A stretch of DNA of 58,291 nt from an uncultured bacterium (GCA_900547945.1 URIT01000005.1:1-58291), one strand, 5' to 3'; counted from the first letter of the stretch, positions 1-9,435 are shown. Numbers and translations are program-made. The notes: a model not told the origin generated them from the letters alone.

Positions 1-1089
1 CACGGCCAGTTTGCCCGAATCGCCAAACTCCGCGGGCTGCAGGTCATCTGCCTCCACCTTCAGCACGGCAAGGTCGCTGTCGCTGTCCATGCCGACAAAG
101 GCGGCAGTGCAATTCGAGCCGTCCGAGAGCGTGACCTCCAGCCGCAGCGCGTCGCGCAGCGCGCACGCGCCGTCCGGGTTGTGCGCGCCGTCCACGTAGA
201 CCGCCACGCCGTCCCGCACGAGGCGCTGGCAGCGCCCCGGCCACACCACGTGCGTGAAGCCCGCGACGATCGCGTGGTCCGGCACGTCCAGCCCGCAGTC
301 CTTCACCAGCACGTCGATGGCCGTGAGCGCCGTCATCGCGTTCTCGACCTGGAAGGCGCCGTAGAGGCCGCACGTGATCGGCGGCAGGTTCCGCAGGGCG
401 GAGGTGAGCGTCATCGGGTCCAGGTGGTCCGCCGTCACATGCTCGTCCGCCGCCACGAACAGGCAGCCGTTCAGGGAGGCGGTGCGTTCGACGGCCTCCT
501 TCGCCGCCTCGGGCATCACGCCGCAGACGACCGGGCGGCCCGGCTTGACGATGCCGGCCTTCTCCTCGGCGATGGCGGCGTGCGTCGTCCCGAGCCATTC
601 GCAGTGGTCGAGCCCGATGCGCGTGATGACCGAGAGGAGGACGTTCCGCGCCGCGACGGCGTTCGTCGCGTCGAGCCGGCCGCCGAGCCCCGTTTCGAGC
701 ACCACGAGGTCGGGCTTCGCCTCCGCGAAGAGGACGAACGCCATCGCGGTGAGCGTCTCGAAGAACGTGACCTCGAAGCCCTGCGTCCGTTCCAGCCGCT
801 CGACGACGTCCAGCACGCGGTCCGCCACCGCCTCCAGCGCCGCGTCCGACGCGGGCGCGCCGTCGAGGAAGAACCGCTCGTTGATCGAGACGAGGTGCGG
901 CGACGTGTAGCGCGCCACCCGGTAGCCGGCCGCGCGGAGGATTGCGTCGAGCATCGCGCACACCGCGCCCTTCCCGTTCGTGCCCGCCACGTGGATGACC
1001 TTCAGCGCATCCTGCGGGTTCCCCAGCCCGGCGAGCACCGCGCGCATCACGTCCAGGCCGGGACGCATCCCGAACCGACGCCGTTCCAT
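1..1089 (-). CDS. folC: Folylpolyglutamate synthase / dihydrofolate synthase (FolC), 3' end outside window
   Basis: This frame is not in the ORF track because it runs off the left edge. My translation from the ATG (complement 1087-1089) reads MERRRFGMRPGLDV...IHVAGTNGKGAV (Mur-ligase P-loop)...VLETGLGGRLDATN...DGAHNPDGA. There is no stop before position 1. Confidence 0.85.
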   Translation of the reverse strand, partial: MERRRFGMRPGLDVMRAVLAGLGNPQDALKVIHVAGTNGKGAVCAMLDAILRAAGYRVARYTSPHLVSINERFFLDGAPASDAALEAVADRVLDVVERLERTQGFEVTFFETLTAMAFVLFAEAKPDLVVLETGLGGRLDATNAVAARNVLLSVITRIGLDHCEWLGTTHAAIAEEKAGIVKPGRPVVCGVMPEAAKEAVERTASLNGCLFVAADEHVTADHLDPMTLTSALRNLPPITCGLYGAFQVENAMTALTAIDVLVKDCGLDVPDHAIVAGFTHVVWPGRCQRLVRDGVAVYVDGAHNPDGACALRDALRLEVTLSDGSNCTAAFVGMDSDSDLAVLKVEADDLQPAEFGDSGKLAV

Positions 1090-1115
1090 CACACCCCTCA
1101 ACCGCGAATTGTCTT

Positions 1116-2024
1116 CTAATGCCATACTCTCACCGCCAACACGGCGCCGAGCGCCGTCAGACCATATCCCGCCAGGATCAGCCACAGCAGCCGGTCCGTG
1201 AGCAGGATGCGTTCAGGACGACCCACGTCGCCCCGTCCGTAGACCAAAACCAGATACCGCGCGACGCCCAGCGCCACGAACACCGACGTCCACGCAAGGC
1301 CGCGCGTGTGGAAGCGCGCCACCGTGTCGGACGCGAGCGTGTAGCAGACGTAGACCCCGACCGTCGCGAGGGCGGAGAGGAGGATGAGCGCGTCCAGCAC
1401 CACCGGGTGGTACCCCTTCAGCGCGGCGCGGCTTGCGTCCGCCAGCACCTTCTCGTGCCGCCGCTTGCAGAGCGCGAGGAAGAGGGAGAGGAGGAACGTA
1501 CACCCCAGGAGCCACGGCGAGATGCGCGCCGAAATCGCCGCCGCGCCCGCCACGGCGCGCAGCACAAAGCCCGCCGCGATCACGGCCACGTCCACGTAGG
1601 GCATCCGTTTGAGGAACCCCGAGTACGCGCACTGCATCACGGTGTAGACGAGCAGCACGGCAAAGCCCCAGGTGCGGTCGGGGTGGCGCAGGACAAGGTA
1701 GCAGGGGAAGGCGAGGCCGAAGGCGAAGAGCGCGAGCGCCGTGCGGACGGCGGCGATCTTTGAGATGAGGTCCGCGGCGACGGGACGCAGCCGCTTCACC
1801 GGGTGCAGACGGTCCGCCTCGTAGTCCGCCACGTCGTTGAGCAGGTAGAACGCGCTCGCCACGAGCGAGAAGGAGAGCGCCATCGCGCACACGAGCAGGA
1901 ACGGGCGCACGCCGCGCGCCACCGCCGATTGGGAGGCGTCCGCCACCGCGAAGAACCATGCCGCGAACACGACGGCGTTCTTCGTCCACTGGTTGACGCG
2001 CAGGGCTCTGATCCAGATGTTCAT
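1116..2024 (-). CDS. UbiA-family polyprenyl/phosphoribosyl transferase (decaprenyl-phosphate phosphoribosyltransferase-like), multi-TM
   Basis: ORF 1116..2090, with the start moved to the ATG at 2024 (MNIWIRALRVNQWTKN). Hydrophobic throughout. Asp-rich motif NDVADYEADRLHPVKRLRPVA. Confidence 0.8.
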   Translation of the reverse strand: MNIWIRALRVNQWTKNAVVFAAWFFAVADASQSAVARGVRPFLLVCAMALSFSLVASAFYLLNDVADYEADRLHPVKRLRPVAADLISKIAAVRTALALFAFGLAFPCYLVLRHPDRTWGFAVLLVYTVMQCAYSGFLKRMPYVDVAVIAAGFVLRAVAGAAAISARISPWLLGCTFLLSLFLALCKRRHEKVLADASRAALKGYHPVVLDALILLSALATVGVYVCYTLASDTVARFHTRGLAWTSVFVALGVARYLVLVYGRGDVGRPERILLTDRLLWLILAGYGLTALGAVLAVRVWH

Positions 2025-2076
2025 GTTGTTCAGGGGAACGGCCGCCGGATCCTGCGCCCGGCGGCAACCATCCTCG

Positions 2077-2784
2077 TCAGGCCCTTCCAAACCGCAGCTT
2101 GAACACCATCTTGAGGGTTTCGGCGGCGATGGAACCCGAGATCTTGGAGGTCCCCGCCCGCCGTTCGGTGAAGGTGATGGGGATCTCCTTCAGCCGCAGC
2201 CCCATCTGCGCCATGCGCCAGTTCATCTCCATCTGGAAGGAGTAGCCGAAGGAGCGGATGGCGGAGAAGTCGCCGAGCCGTTCGAGCGCGGCGCGCGTGA
2301 AGCACTTGAAGCCCCCCGTCGGATCCTGCACGGGGACGCCCAGCACGAACCGGATGAAGCGCCCGCCGAAGAAGGAGACGAACCAGCGCCGGAACGGCCA
2401 GCCCACGCAGCGCCCGCCCTTCACGTAGCGCGAACCGACGACGACGTCGGCGTCGGCGACGGCCGCGAGCATGCGGGGGATGTCCTTCGGGTCGTGCGAG
2501 AAGTCGCAGTCCATCTCGACGACGTGCGTGGCGCCCAGCGCGAGGGCCCGCGCGAACCCCGCCACGTAGGCGCGGCCCAGCCCCTCCTTCTTCACGCGGT
2601 GCAGGACGGCGATGCGGGGGTCCCGCGCACAGAGGCCGTCGATGATCGCGCCCGTCCCGTCCGGCGAGTTGTCGTCGAGGAAGAGAAGCCGCCCCCCGGC
2701 GGGCAGGTTCTCCAGCACCGCCGCGGCCATGGCGGCGACGTTCTCCCGTTCATTGTAGGTGGGTATGACGACGATCGGCTTCAT
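2077..2784 (-). CDS. GT2 polyprenol-phosphate glycosyltransferase (Ppm1/DPM1-like)
   Basis: ORF 2077..2805, with the start at MKPIVVIPTYNERENV (2784). FLDDNSPDGT DxD region. C-terminal amphipathic tail. Confidence 0.85.
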   Translation of the reverse strand: MKPIVVIPTYNERENVAAMAAAVLENLPAGGRLLFLDDNSPDGTGAIIDGLCARDPRIAVLHRVKKEGLGRAYVAGFARALALGATHVVEMDCDFSHDPKDIPRMLAAVADADVVVGSRYVKGGRCVGWPFRRWFVSFFGGRFIRFVLGVPVQDPTGGFKCFTRAALERLGDFSAIRSFGYSFQMEMNWRMAQMGLRLKEIPITFTERRAGTSKISGSIAAETLKMVFKLRFGRA

Positions 2785-2793
2785 GTGCGGGAG

Positions 2794-2802
2794 ATTATAC
2801 CA
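2794..2802 (-). promoter_or_regulatory. Extended -10 box TGGTATAAT, 9 nt upstream of the GT2 ATG; overlaps the lpxB stop codon
   Basis: The minus strand reads aatgTGGTATAATctcccgcacATG. The TAA inside the box is the lpxB stop, so the match could be partly coding coincidence. Confidence 0.4.
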
Positions 2803-3931
2803 CATTTAGGATTTCGCGCGCGGCGAGACCGAGCGCATCGCCGTCCGAATGGAGGCGCGCCATGGCCACGTCGAGGTGCCGGACGGCCGCCGCGCGCGCC
2901 GCCGTGTCCGCCAGAAGCGGACCCAGCCGCGCCGCCACCGCCTCGGGCGTGAACGCCTCCTGCAGGAGTTCGGGCATCGGCGGCGTCCCCGTTCCGCCGC
3001 TCTTCTCCCAGATGACGTTCGCAAGGCCGATGTAGTGGACGCCCGTGATGACCCGGCGCGCAAACCAGGCGAGCAGCGGCGACACCGCGTAGACGAGCAC
3101 CGTCGGGCACCGCGCAAGCGCCGCCTCCAGCGTCGCCGTGCCGCTCGCCACCGCCGCACACGTCGCCCGCCGCAACAAGGCCCGCGCGCCCCCCCGCTGA
3201 ATCGTAATCCGCACGCCCGCATCGGACACGGAAGATGCGGAGAGGACGCGCCGGATCTCCTGCTCGGCCTTCCCGTTCGCCGCCGGAACCACGACCTTCA
3301 GCCCCTCTCCCGCCAACAGCCCCAGCGCCCGCACGAGGCGCGGCAGGTTCCGCCGGATCTCCCCCATGCGGCTTCCCGGCAGGAGGGCCAGCACCTTCTC
3401 ATCCTTCTTGACGCGCCCCGCCGCCTCCCGCGCGAACACGTCCACGAGCGGATGCCCGATGAAGCGCGCATCGAGGCCCGTCCCCGCGAAGAGCGCGGGT
3501 TCGAACGGGAAGAAGCAGAGGAGCTTCGTGAGCGCGGCCGCCACCTTCGGGATGCGGTTGCGGTGCCAGGCCCAGACCTGCGGGCACACGATGTGGACGG
3601 CGGGGATGCCGCGCGCCTTCGCGTACGCCGCGAGCTTGAGGTTGAGGCCCGGATAGTCGATCGTGACGACGACGTCGGGACACCAGTCGCGGATGACGCG
3701 CTTCAGCGTCCGCGCGACGCCGAGGAAGTAGAAGAGCCTGCGGATGACGGGCCAGAAGCCCATCACCGCGAGGTCGCCCGTCCTGAACCCCTCGGTGTCG
3801 TAGCCGCGGAAGGTGACGCCGCGCCCGGTCCGCGCAAGCGCCCCGGCGAGCGCGTCGCGCAGCCGTTCCGCGTACAGCACGCCCGACTCCTCGCCCGCGA
3901 GCAGGAGGACCCTCAGCGGCGGGGCGTTCAC
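2795..3931 (-). CDS. lpxB: Lipid-A-disaccharide synthase
   Basis: ORF 2795..3964. LRVLLLAGEESGVLYAERL is an N-terminus typical of GT19 LpxB. The likely start is the GTG at 3931, which forms a GTGA overlap with the ybeY stop. The ATG at 3964 is the alternative. Confidence 0.8.
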   Translation of the reverse strand: MNAPPLRVLLLAGEESGVLYAERLRDALAGALARTGRGVTFRGYDTEGFRTGDLAVMGFWPVIRRLFYFLGVARTLKRVIRDWCPDVVVTIDYPGLNLKLAAYAKARGIPAVHIVCPQVWAWHRNRIPKVAAALTKLLCFFPFEPALFAGTGLDARFIGHPLVDVFAREAAGRVKKDEKVLALLPGSRMGEIRRNLPRLVRALGLLAGEGLKVVVPAANGKAEQEIRRVLSASSVSDAGVRITIQRGGARALLRRATCAAVASGTATLEAALARCPTVLVYAVSPLLAWFARRVITGVHYIGLANVIWEKSGGTGTPPMPELLQEAFTPEAVAARLGPLLADTAARAAAVRHLDVAMARLHSDGDALGLAAREILNVV

Positions 3932-4407
3932 CGGCCTTCCCCCCGCTCCAGGGCGCGCAGCCACCCCAGCTCACGCCGCCGCATCGCGGCGTAGTCGCAC
4001 GGCGCGTGGTCGTCCGCGCCGGACAGATGGTCCATGCCGTGCGCGACGTAGAGGAACAGTTCCTTCGCGGCGCTCCACCCGCGCCGCCTCGGCGCCGCGC
4101 GGCGCGCCTGGTCCACGTTCACGAAGAGTTCGCCGGAGAGGCCCGGCGGCTCGGGGGGAATGGCGTCGTAGGCCTGCGTGATGACGTCCGTCGCGCCTGC
4201 GATCCCCATGATCGCGCGGTGCAGTTCGTCCGAGGCCGCATCGCGCACGAGGTGGACCACGACCTCGTGCCACGTGCCGCCCACGCGCGCCCGCGCGCGC
4301 GCCGCGAAGAAGACGGCGGCACGCCGCACCTCGGCCTTCGCCAGGCCGAAGTCCTTCGGCACGGAACCGGTCAGCTCGATGCGCGGGGTGTCGGGATGGT
4401 CCTTCAC
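3928..4407 (-). CDS. ybeY: rRNA maturation endoribonuclease YbeY
   Basis: 159 aa. Zinc motif HGMDHLSGADDH (HxxxHxxxxxH). The start overlaps the dnaE stop by 4 nt. Confidence 0.85.
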   Translation of the reverse strand: MKDHPDTPRIELTGSVPKDFGLAKAEVRRAAVFFAARARARVGGTWHEVVVHLVRDAASDELHRAIMGIAGATDVITQAYDAIPPEPPGLSGELFVNVDQARRAAPRRRGWSAAKELFLYVAHGMDHLSGADDHAPCDYAAMRRRELGWLRALERGEGR

Positions 4408-7400
4408 CGGCGGCGCTCCCAGGGCTTCGGCTCGGGCGGTTCGAGGAAGATGTCCTTCACCGTCGCGAGCGCGTAGGGTTCGTTCTTCTGGAGGCGGTTG
4501 AGCGCGGTCAGGAATTCAGGCGTGAGTTCCACGCCCTCCACGCCGCTCTCGATCTCCGCGCGCGCGCCGTTCGCCCAGACGAGGTCGATGACGACCTTCA
4601 CCTTGCCGGGCCACGTGGCGGCGAGCCCCTTGAGCGCGGCGCCCTTCTTCAGGAGGTCGGGGTCGTCGTAGTTCATCGTGACGTGGAGGGCCTGCGAGAA
4701 GCGGCGGAGGCCGTCCGAGAGACGGTAGACCTCGCGCGCGATGAACTGGATCTCGGGCGTCTCCTCGTGCGTGTCGCGGTCGGTGCGGTGCGAAAGCTCG
4801 CCGCAGACGAGCACCGGCTGGTCCACCTCGCCCGGTAGCCACTCCTTGTACTTCGCGAACGTCTTCGCGAAGCAGAGGGCCTCCATCTCCGTGTCGCCGC
4901 CGTCATCGAGGAGGAGAACCGCCCACGGCTCCGGCGGCAGCATGACGACGTTCCCGAAGGCGTCCTTCACGTCCTTGCCCTTCTCCCGCTTCGGCTTCGG
5001 CTTGCCCATGCGCACCGTGCAGGCCTTGAGCATCCCCGCGAGGCGCACGGGCTGGCGGAGCGGACGCTCCGCGTTCACTTCGAGCATCATCGGGATCTCC
5101 GGCGGCGACGCGGGCGAGAACGTCGAGAGCGACCCGAGCACCTTCCCGTAGGCGCCGAGCGGGTGTCCCGTCAGGTAGATGCCGCAGAGGTCGCGCTCGT
5201 CCTTGAAGCCCTGCGCCTGCGGCCAGGGCGGGCAGTCCGCGAGTTCGGCGTCGCTTTCGTCCTCGCCCGGCGCGAGCATCCCGAACATGTCCATCTGCCC
5301 GCTCGCCCGCTCGCGTCCGCGCGCGGACGCGAGCTTGAGGGCGAACTCGATGTTGTTGAAGTAGCGTGCGCGGTGGAAGCCGGGCTGTGCGGCGGCGAGC
5401 GAGTCGAACGCGCCGCACCTGATGAGGTTTTCGAGGACGCGCTTGTTGACGACGGCCGCCCCCGCGAGGCGCGTGCAGAAGTCCATCAGCCCCTTGTAGG
5501 GGCCGTTCTTCTCGCGCTCGGCGACGATCGCCTCCGCCGCCGCCTCGCCCACGCCCTTCACGCCCGCGAGGCCGTAGACGATCGCATGCTCGCCCTCGAC
5601 GGGGGAGAAGCGCGCGTAGGCCCTGTTGACGTCGGGCGGCTTCACTTCGAGGCCCATCGCGTCCGCCTCCGCCACGAAGCCGGGCAGCTTGTCGAAGTTG
5701 CCGATTTCGGAGGAGATCTGCGCGCACATGAACTCGGCCGGGAAGTGGGCCTTCATGTAGCCGGTCTGGTAGGCGACCCAGGCGTAGCACACGGCGTGCG
5801 ACTTGTTGAAGGCGTAGGAGGCGAACGCCTTCCAGTCGTCCCAGATCTTGTCGATGAGCGCGCGCGCCTTCTTCTCGTCCTTCCACTCGCCGATGCGGAA
5901 CGCCGGGTTCGCGAGGCAGCCGTCCACGAACTTGACCTTCAGCTCCTCCATCACGGCGAGCTGCTTCTTGCCCATCGCCTTGCGCAGCTTGTCGGACATG
6001 CCGCGCGTGAAGCCCCCCAGGAGGCGCGAGAGCAGCATCACCTGCTCCTGGTAGACCGTCACGCCGTACGTGTCCTTCAGGTACTTCTCCATCAGCGGAT
6101 GGTCGTACTTGATCGGCTCGCGCCCCTGCTTGCGCGCGATGAACGTGGGGATGTAGGCGAGCGGGCCCGGGCGGTAGAGGGCGTTCATCGCGACGAGGTC
6201 GGGCAGGCGCTCGGGCTGGAGCTCCATCAGGTACTTCTTCATCCCGTCCGACTCGAACTGGAAGAGGCCCGTCGTCTCGCCGCGCCCGAAGAGTTTGTAC
6301 GTCTCCGCGTCGTCGTCGGGGATGTCGTCGGGGTTGAGGTCCACGCCCCGGAACTTCTTGATGAGCGCCACGCACTCCTTCTCGACCGTGAGCGTCTTGA
6401 GGCCGAGGAAGTCCATCTTCAGGAGGCCGACCGGCTCCACGAAGTGGCCGTCGTACTGCGTGCAGAGCAGCGACTCCTCGGGTGTGGGCATCACGGGCAG
6501 CGTGTCCATGAGCGGGTCGCGCGAGATGAGGATGCCGCAGGCGTGGATGCCGGGCTGGCGGATGCAGCCTTCGAGGCGCGCCGCGTAGTCCATCAGCTCC
6601 TTGATCGTGTGGACGTGGTTCGCGGAGTCGGTGAACGTCGTCTCGTCCTTGAAGGCCGCCACGAGGTCGGGCGAGTAGTCCTTGTTCGGCTCGCCGTGCT
6701 TGTCCGTCGCGCTCATCGCCGCCTTGAAGGTGATCTTGGGCGTGTCGGGCACGTAGGAGGCGAGCTTGTTCGTGTCGGCGAGCGGATACTCCATCGCGCG
6801 CCCCACGTCCTTGATCGCGCTCTTCGCGGCCATCTGACCGAACGTGACGATGTGCGCCACGTGGTCCTGTCCGTACTTCTGCGTGACGTATTCAAGCACG
6901 CGCCCGCGCCCCGCGTCGTCGAAGTCCACGTCGATATCCGGCATGGAGATGCGGTCGGGGTTCAGGAAGCGCTCGAACAGGAGGTCGTACTTGATGGGGT
7001 CGACGTTCGTGATGCCGATCGCGTAGGCGAGGGCCGAGCCGGCGGCGGAGCCGCGCCCCGGCCCCACCCACACGCCCATGCTGCGGGCGGCGGCGATGTA
7101 GTCGTGGACGATGAGGAAGTAGCCGGGGAAGCCCATCGTGCGCACCGTGTCGAGCTCGAACTGGACGCGCTCGGAGACCTCCTTCGGAATCGGGTCCCCC
7201 CAGCGCCGCTTTACGCCCTCCCACACGAGCGAGGCGAGGTAGTCGGCCTCGAACTTGATGCGCAGCACCTTATCGTAGCCGCCCAGGCGCTCGAAGTTGT
7301 TGGGCTTGTCCTCCGTGTTGAACTGCTCGCGCAGCGCCGCCTCGTCGTACGTCCGGGCGTACGCCTCCTCCGTGCCGAACGAAGCCGGGATCGGGAACTT

Positions 7401-8315
7401 CGGCATGATGGGGTCCGAGTCGAGCTTGTACTCCTCCACCTTCTCGGCGAGCGCGACGGTGTTCGCGAGGAATTCGGGATGCTCGGGGAAGAGCGCGGCC
7501 ATCGCGTCGCCGTCCTTGAACCACTCCTCGCCCGTGTAGATCATGCGCGAGTCGTCGGAGATCTTCTTCTGCGTGGAGAGGCAGAGGAGGAGGTCGTGGG
7601 ACGGATCGTCCGCCGCGTCGAGGAAGTGGATGTCGTTCGTCGCGATGACGGGGATGTCGAGCCGCTTCCCGATTTCGACCATCCCCTTCACCACCTCCAC
7701 CTGGCGGGCGTAGAGCTTGCGGTGGTCGTCGATCGCGACGCCGGGGATGTTCGTCTTCACGGACTTGTGGAGCATCGCCTCCAGGTAGAAGTCGTCCCCG
7801 AAGAGGTCCTTGTACCATTTCGCCACCCTCTCCGCCTCGTCCAGGCGCCCGATGTCGATCGCGTGCGCCACCTCGCCCGCGATGCACGCCGCCGAGCAGA
7901 TCAGCCCCTCGTGGTGCTTCTCCAGCAGCGTGTGGTCGATGCGCGCCGTGTGGTAGAAGCCGTTGATCCACGCCTCGGAGAGGAGGCGCACGAGGTTGTG
8001 GTAGCCCGTGAGGTTCTTCGCGAGCAGGATCAGGTGGCGCCGCTTCTCCTCCTTGCTGCGGCTCCGGTAGTCGCCGCTCGTCGTCACGTAGGCTTCGCAG
8101 CCGAGGATCGGCTTGATCGGCGGCAGGTCGTCGTAGCCCTTCTTCGAGCGGCACTCGTCGTAGAACGCCTTGAGGGCGAAGAGGTTGCCGTGGTCGGTCA
8201 CGGCGAGCGCCTTCATGCCCAGCGTGCGGGCGCGCTTCACGAGCGGCTTGATGGCGCACTGGCCGTCGAGAAGCGAATACGTGGTGTGGACGTGGAGGTG
8301 GACGAAGTCGTGCAT
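4404..8315 (-). CDS. dnaE: DNA polymerase III alpha subunit
   Basis: 1303 aa. N-terminal PHP domain (FVHLHVHTTYSLLDG), then ...GPGRGSAAGSALAYAIGITNVDP, DIDVDF, HACGILIS. Confidence 0.95.
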   Translation of the reverse strand: MHDFVHLHVHTTYSLLDGQCAIKPLVKRARTLGMKALAVTDHGNLFALKAFYDECRSKKGYDDLPPIKPILGCEAYVTTSGDYRSRSKEEKRRHLILLAKNLTGYHNLVRLLSEAWINGFYHTARIDHTLLEKHHEGLICSAACIAGEVAHAIDIGRLDEAERVAKWYKDLFGDDFYLEAMLHKSVKTNIPGVAIDDHRKLYARQVEVVKGMVEIGKRLDIPVIATNDIHFLDAADDPSHDLLLCLSTQKKISDDSRMIYTGEEWFKDGDAMAALFPEHPEFLANTVALAEKVEEYKLDSDPIMPKFPIPASFGTEEAYARTYDEAALREQFNTEDKPNNFERLGGYDKVLRIKFEADYLASLVWEGVKRRWGDPIPKEVSERVQFELDTVRTMGFPGYFLIVHDYIAAARSMGVWVGPGRGSAAGSALAYAIGITNVDPIKYDLLFERFLNPDRISMPDIDVDFDDAGRGRVLEYVTQKYGQDHVAHIVTFGQMAAKSAIKDVGRAMEYPLADTNKLASYVPDTPKITFKAAMSATDKHGEPNKDYSPDLVAAFKDETTFTDSANHVHTIKELMDYAARLEGCIRQPGIHACGILISRDPLMDTLPVMPTPEESLLCTQYDGHFVEPVGLLKMDFLGLKTLTVEKECVALIKKFRGVDLNPDDIPDDDAETYKLFGRGETTGLFQFESDGMKKYLMELQPERLPDLVAMNALYRPGPLAYIPTFIARKQGREPIKYDHPLMEKYLKDTYGVTVYQEQVMLLSRLLGGFTRGMSDKLRKAMGKKQLAVMEELKVKFVDGCLANPAFRIGEWKDEKKARALIDKIWDDWKAFASYAFNKSHAVCYAWVAYQTGYMKAHFPAEFMCAQISSEIGNFDKLPGFVAEADAMGLEVKPPDVNRAYARFSPVEGEHAIVYGLAGVKGVGEAAAEAIVAEREKNGPYKGLMDFCTRLAGAAVVNKRVLENLIRCGAFDSLAAAQPGFHRARYFNNIEFALKLASARGRERASGQMDMFGMLAPGEDESDAELADCPPWPQAQGFKDERDLCGIYLTGHPLGAYGKVLGSLSTFSPASPPEIPMMLEVNAERPLRQPVRLAGMLKACTVRMGKPKPKREKGKDVKDAFGNVVMLPPEPWAVLLLDDGGDTEMEALCFAKTFAKYKEWLPGEVDQPVLVCGELSHRTDRDTHEETPEIQFIAREVYRLSDGLRRFSQALHVTMNYDDPDLLKKGAALKGLAATWPGKVKVVIDLVWANGARAEIESGVEGVELTPEFLTALNRLQKNEPYALATVKDIFLEPPEPKPWERRR

Positions 8316-8324
8316 GGTGCCGCT

Positions 8325-9065
8325 CTAGCGCCCGAACGCCCGCACACGGTCCGCCATCTTCTCCCAGAAGCGGTCCGCGATCAGCTGCATGCCGAGGTCG
8401 CCCGGATGGTTGTAGCGACCATGCGCGTCCGCGCGGGAGCGGATGTCCTCCAGGTTCACGAACGTGCAACCCCGCTTCCGCGCGACGGCCTCCTTCTCGC
8501 CGTCGAGCTTCGGCCGCACGTAGAAGCCCTGGGACATCAGGACGAGCGCGCGCCGGTCGGGGTCGAGGTCGTCGAGGAAGGCTTCCAGCGCCGCGCCGAA
8601 GGTGCGGGACGGGTCCATCTTCCCCGCATCGTAGTCCTTCGGCACGTTCGCGCCGAAGAAGAGGACGATCACGTCCGGCCTGAACGCGCGCGCCCAGGCG
8701 AAGTTCTTCTCGCAGCTCCAGTCCGGCTTGAAGAACGACCGCTCGAACGAGCCCGCCACCTGGAGGAGGCAGCACTGCGCCTCGGGCTGCGCGGCGGCGA
8801 TCCTCTTCTGGAGGAGATGCACGTAGTCCTTGTCGCGCGCGCTCGCCGCCATGCCCCAGTTGTTCGTCCAGCCGATCTGCGGACGCGGCCCGTGCAGGGT
8901 GATCGAATTGCCCACGAACAGGACGCGCGGCCCCTTCTTCGCCGCGTCGAACGCCGTCTGGTTCCGCGCGTTCTGTCCCAGCGCCGGCACCGGGTTCGCC
9001 TGGAAGTCGTTCGCCCCCGCCATTCCGGCCGCCACGGCCAGGACCACCATCAGCATTTTCTTCAT
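8325..9065 (-). CDS. Secreted SGNH/GDSL-type hydrolase
   Basis: ORF 8325..9077 starts at a TTG. I prefer the ATG at 9065 (MKKMLMVVLAVAAGMAGA signal peptide), which has GGAG 7 nt upstream. VLFVGNSIT block. Confidence 0.75.
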   Translation of the reverse strand: MKKMLMVVLAVAAGMAGANDFQANPVPALGQNARNQTAFDAAKKGPRVLFVGNSITLHGPRPQIGWTNNWGMAASARDKDYVHLLQKRIAAAQPEAQCCLLQVAGSFERSFFKPDWSCEKNFAWARAFRPDVIVLFFGANVPKDYDAGKMDPSRTFGAALEAFLDDLDPDRRALVLMSQGFYVRPKLDGEKEAVARKRGCTFVNLEDIRSRADAHGRYNHPGDLGMQLIADRFWEKMADRVRAFGR

Positions 9066-9095
9066 CTCAAACTCCAATCTTCACGTGACCCCAAC

Positions 9096-9104
9096 AGTAT
9101 ACCA
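9096..9104 (-). promoter_or_regulatory. Extended -10 TGGTATACT upstream of the SGNH hydrolase gene
   Basis: The minus strand reads aaatgTGGTATACTgttgggg...ggagtttgagATG. Confidence 0.5.
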
Positions 9105-9221
9105 CATTTACCGCCACCCGCCCTTCCACACGCCCCGCGCTTCCGCGCCCGAAGGTACATCAGGGACGGGAAGCCGCGTCGCGCCCCCCCCCCTACACAA
9201 CACGAACCCGCACCGTTACGA

Positions 9222-9253
9222 CAAACAGAAAAGCCGCACCTCCGTGCGGCTTC
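9222..9253 (-). terminator. Rho-independent terminator downstream of tRNA-Pro
   Basis: The minus strand reads AAGCCGCAC-GGAG-GTGCGGCTT followed by TTCTGTTTG. Confidence 0.6.
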
Positions 9254-9266
9254 TTGTCATCGCGAA

Positions 9267-9343
9267 TGGTCGGACCGACGAGATTTGAACTCGTGACCTT
9301 TTGCACCCCAAGCAAACGCGCTACCAGGCTGCGCTACGGTCCG
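9267..9343 (-). tRNA. tRNA-Pro (anticodon GGG)
   Basis: Hand-folded cloverleaf: acceptor CGGACCG/CGGTCCG, D arm GCGC-AGCCTGGTA-GCGC, anticodon arm TTTGC-TTGGGGT-GCAAA, T arm ACGAG-TTCAAAT-CTCGT, encoded ACCA tail. Confidence 0.9.
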
Positions 9344-9356
9344 CTGATTGGCGAGT

Positions 9357-9365
9357 AGTATACCA
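9357..9365 (-). promoter_or_regulatory. Extended -10 TGGTATACT about 14 nt upstream of the tRNA-Pro 5' end
   Basis: The minus strand reads gcaggttgTGGTATACTactcgccaatcagCGGACCG. Confidence 0.5.
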
Positions 9366-9435
9366 CAACCTGCAGGGCAGGTAAAGGGGACATTTTAGGG
9401 AATTCGCCCGGCGGCGGCGAGGACGGCGCGCTTCT

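Noticed and set aside
1-140. The last visible residues of the FolC frame (EVTLSDGSNCTAAFVGMDSDSDLAVLKVEADDLQPAEFGDSGKLAV) look like an HtrA/DegP protease segment (…DLAVLKV…GDS…L.VG), which raised the idea of a chimeric junction.
   Set aside because: The same stretch aligns equally well with the normal FolC C-terminal domain pattern (hhhFGxxxDKDhxxhLxxL, here FVGMDSDSDLAVLKV). It follows DGAHNP at the expected distance. There is no frame break or compositional change, and the window edge prevents further testing.
5163-9296. Very long plus-strand ORF (1377 aa) antisense to dnaE. Similar giants occur at 11776..14139(+), 14685..17771(-), 21880..23958(+), 27158..30112(+), 39087..43091(+), 44750..47887(+) and 52102..56262(-).
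   Set aside because: All are mirror-frame shadow ORFs opposite well-supported genes. Their translations are Arg/Ala/Gly/Pro/Glu/Asp-rich low-complexity strings with no motifs. This is typical of a high-GC genome, where stop codons are rare off-frame.
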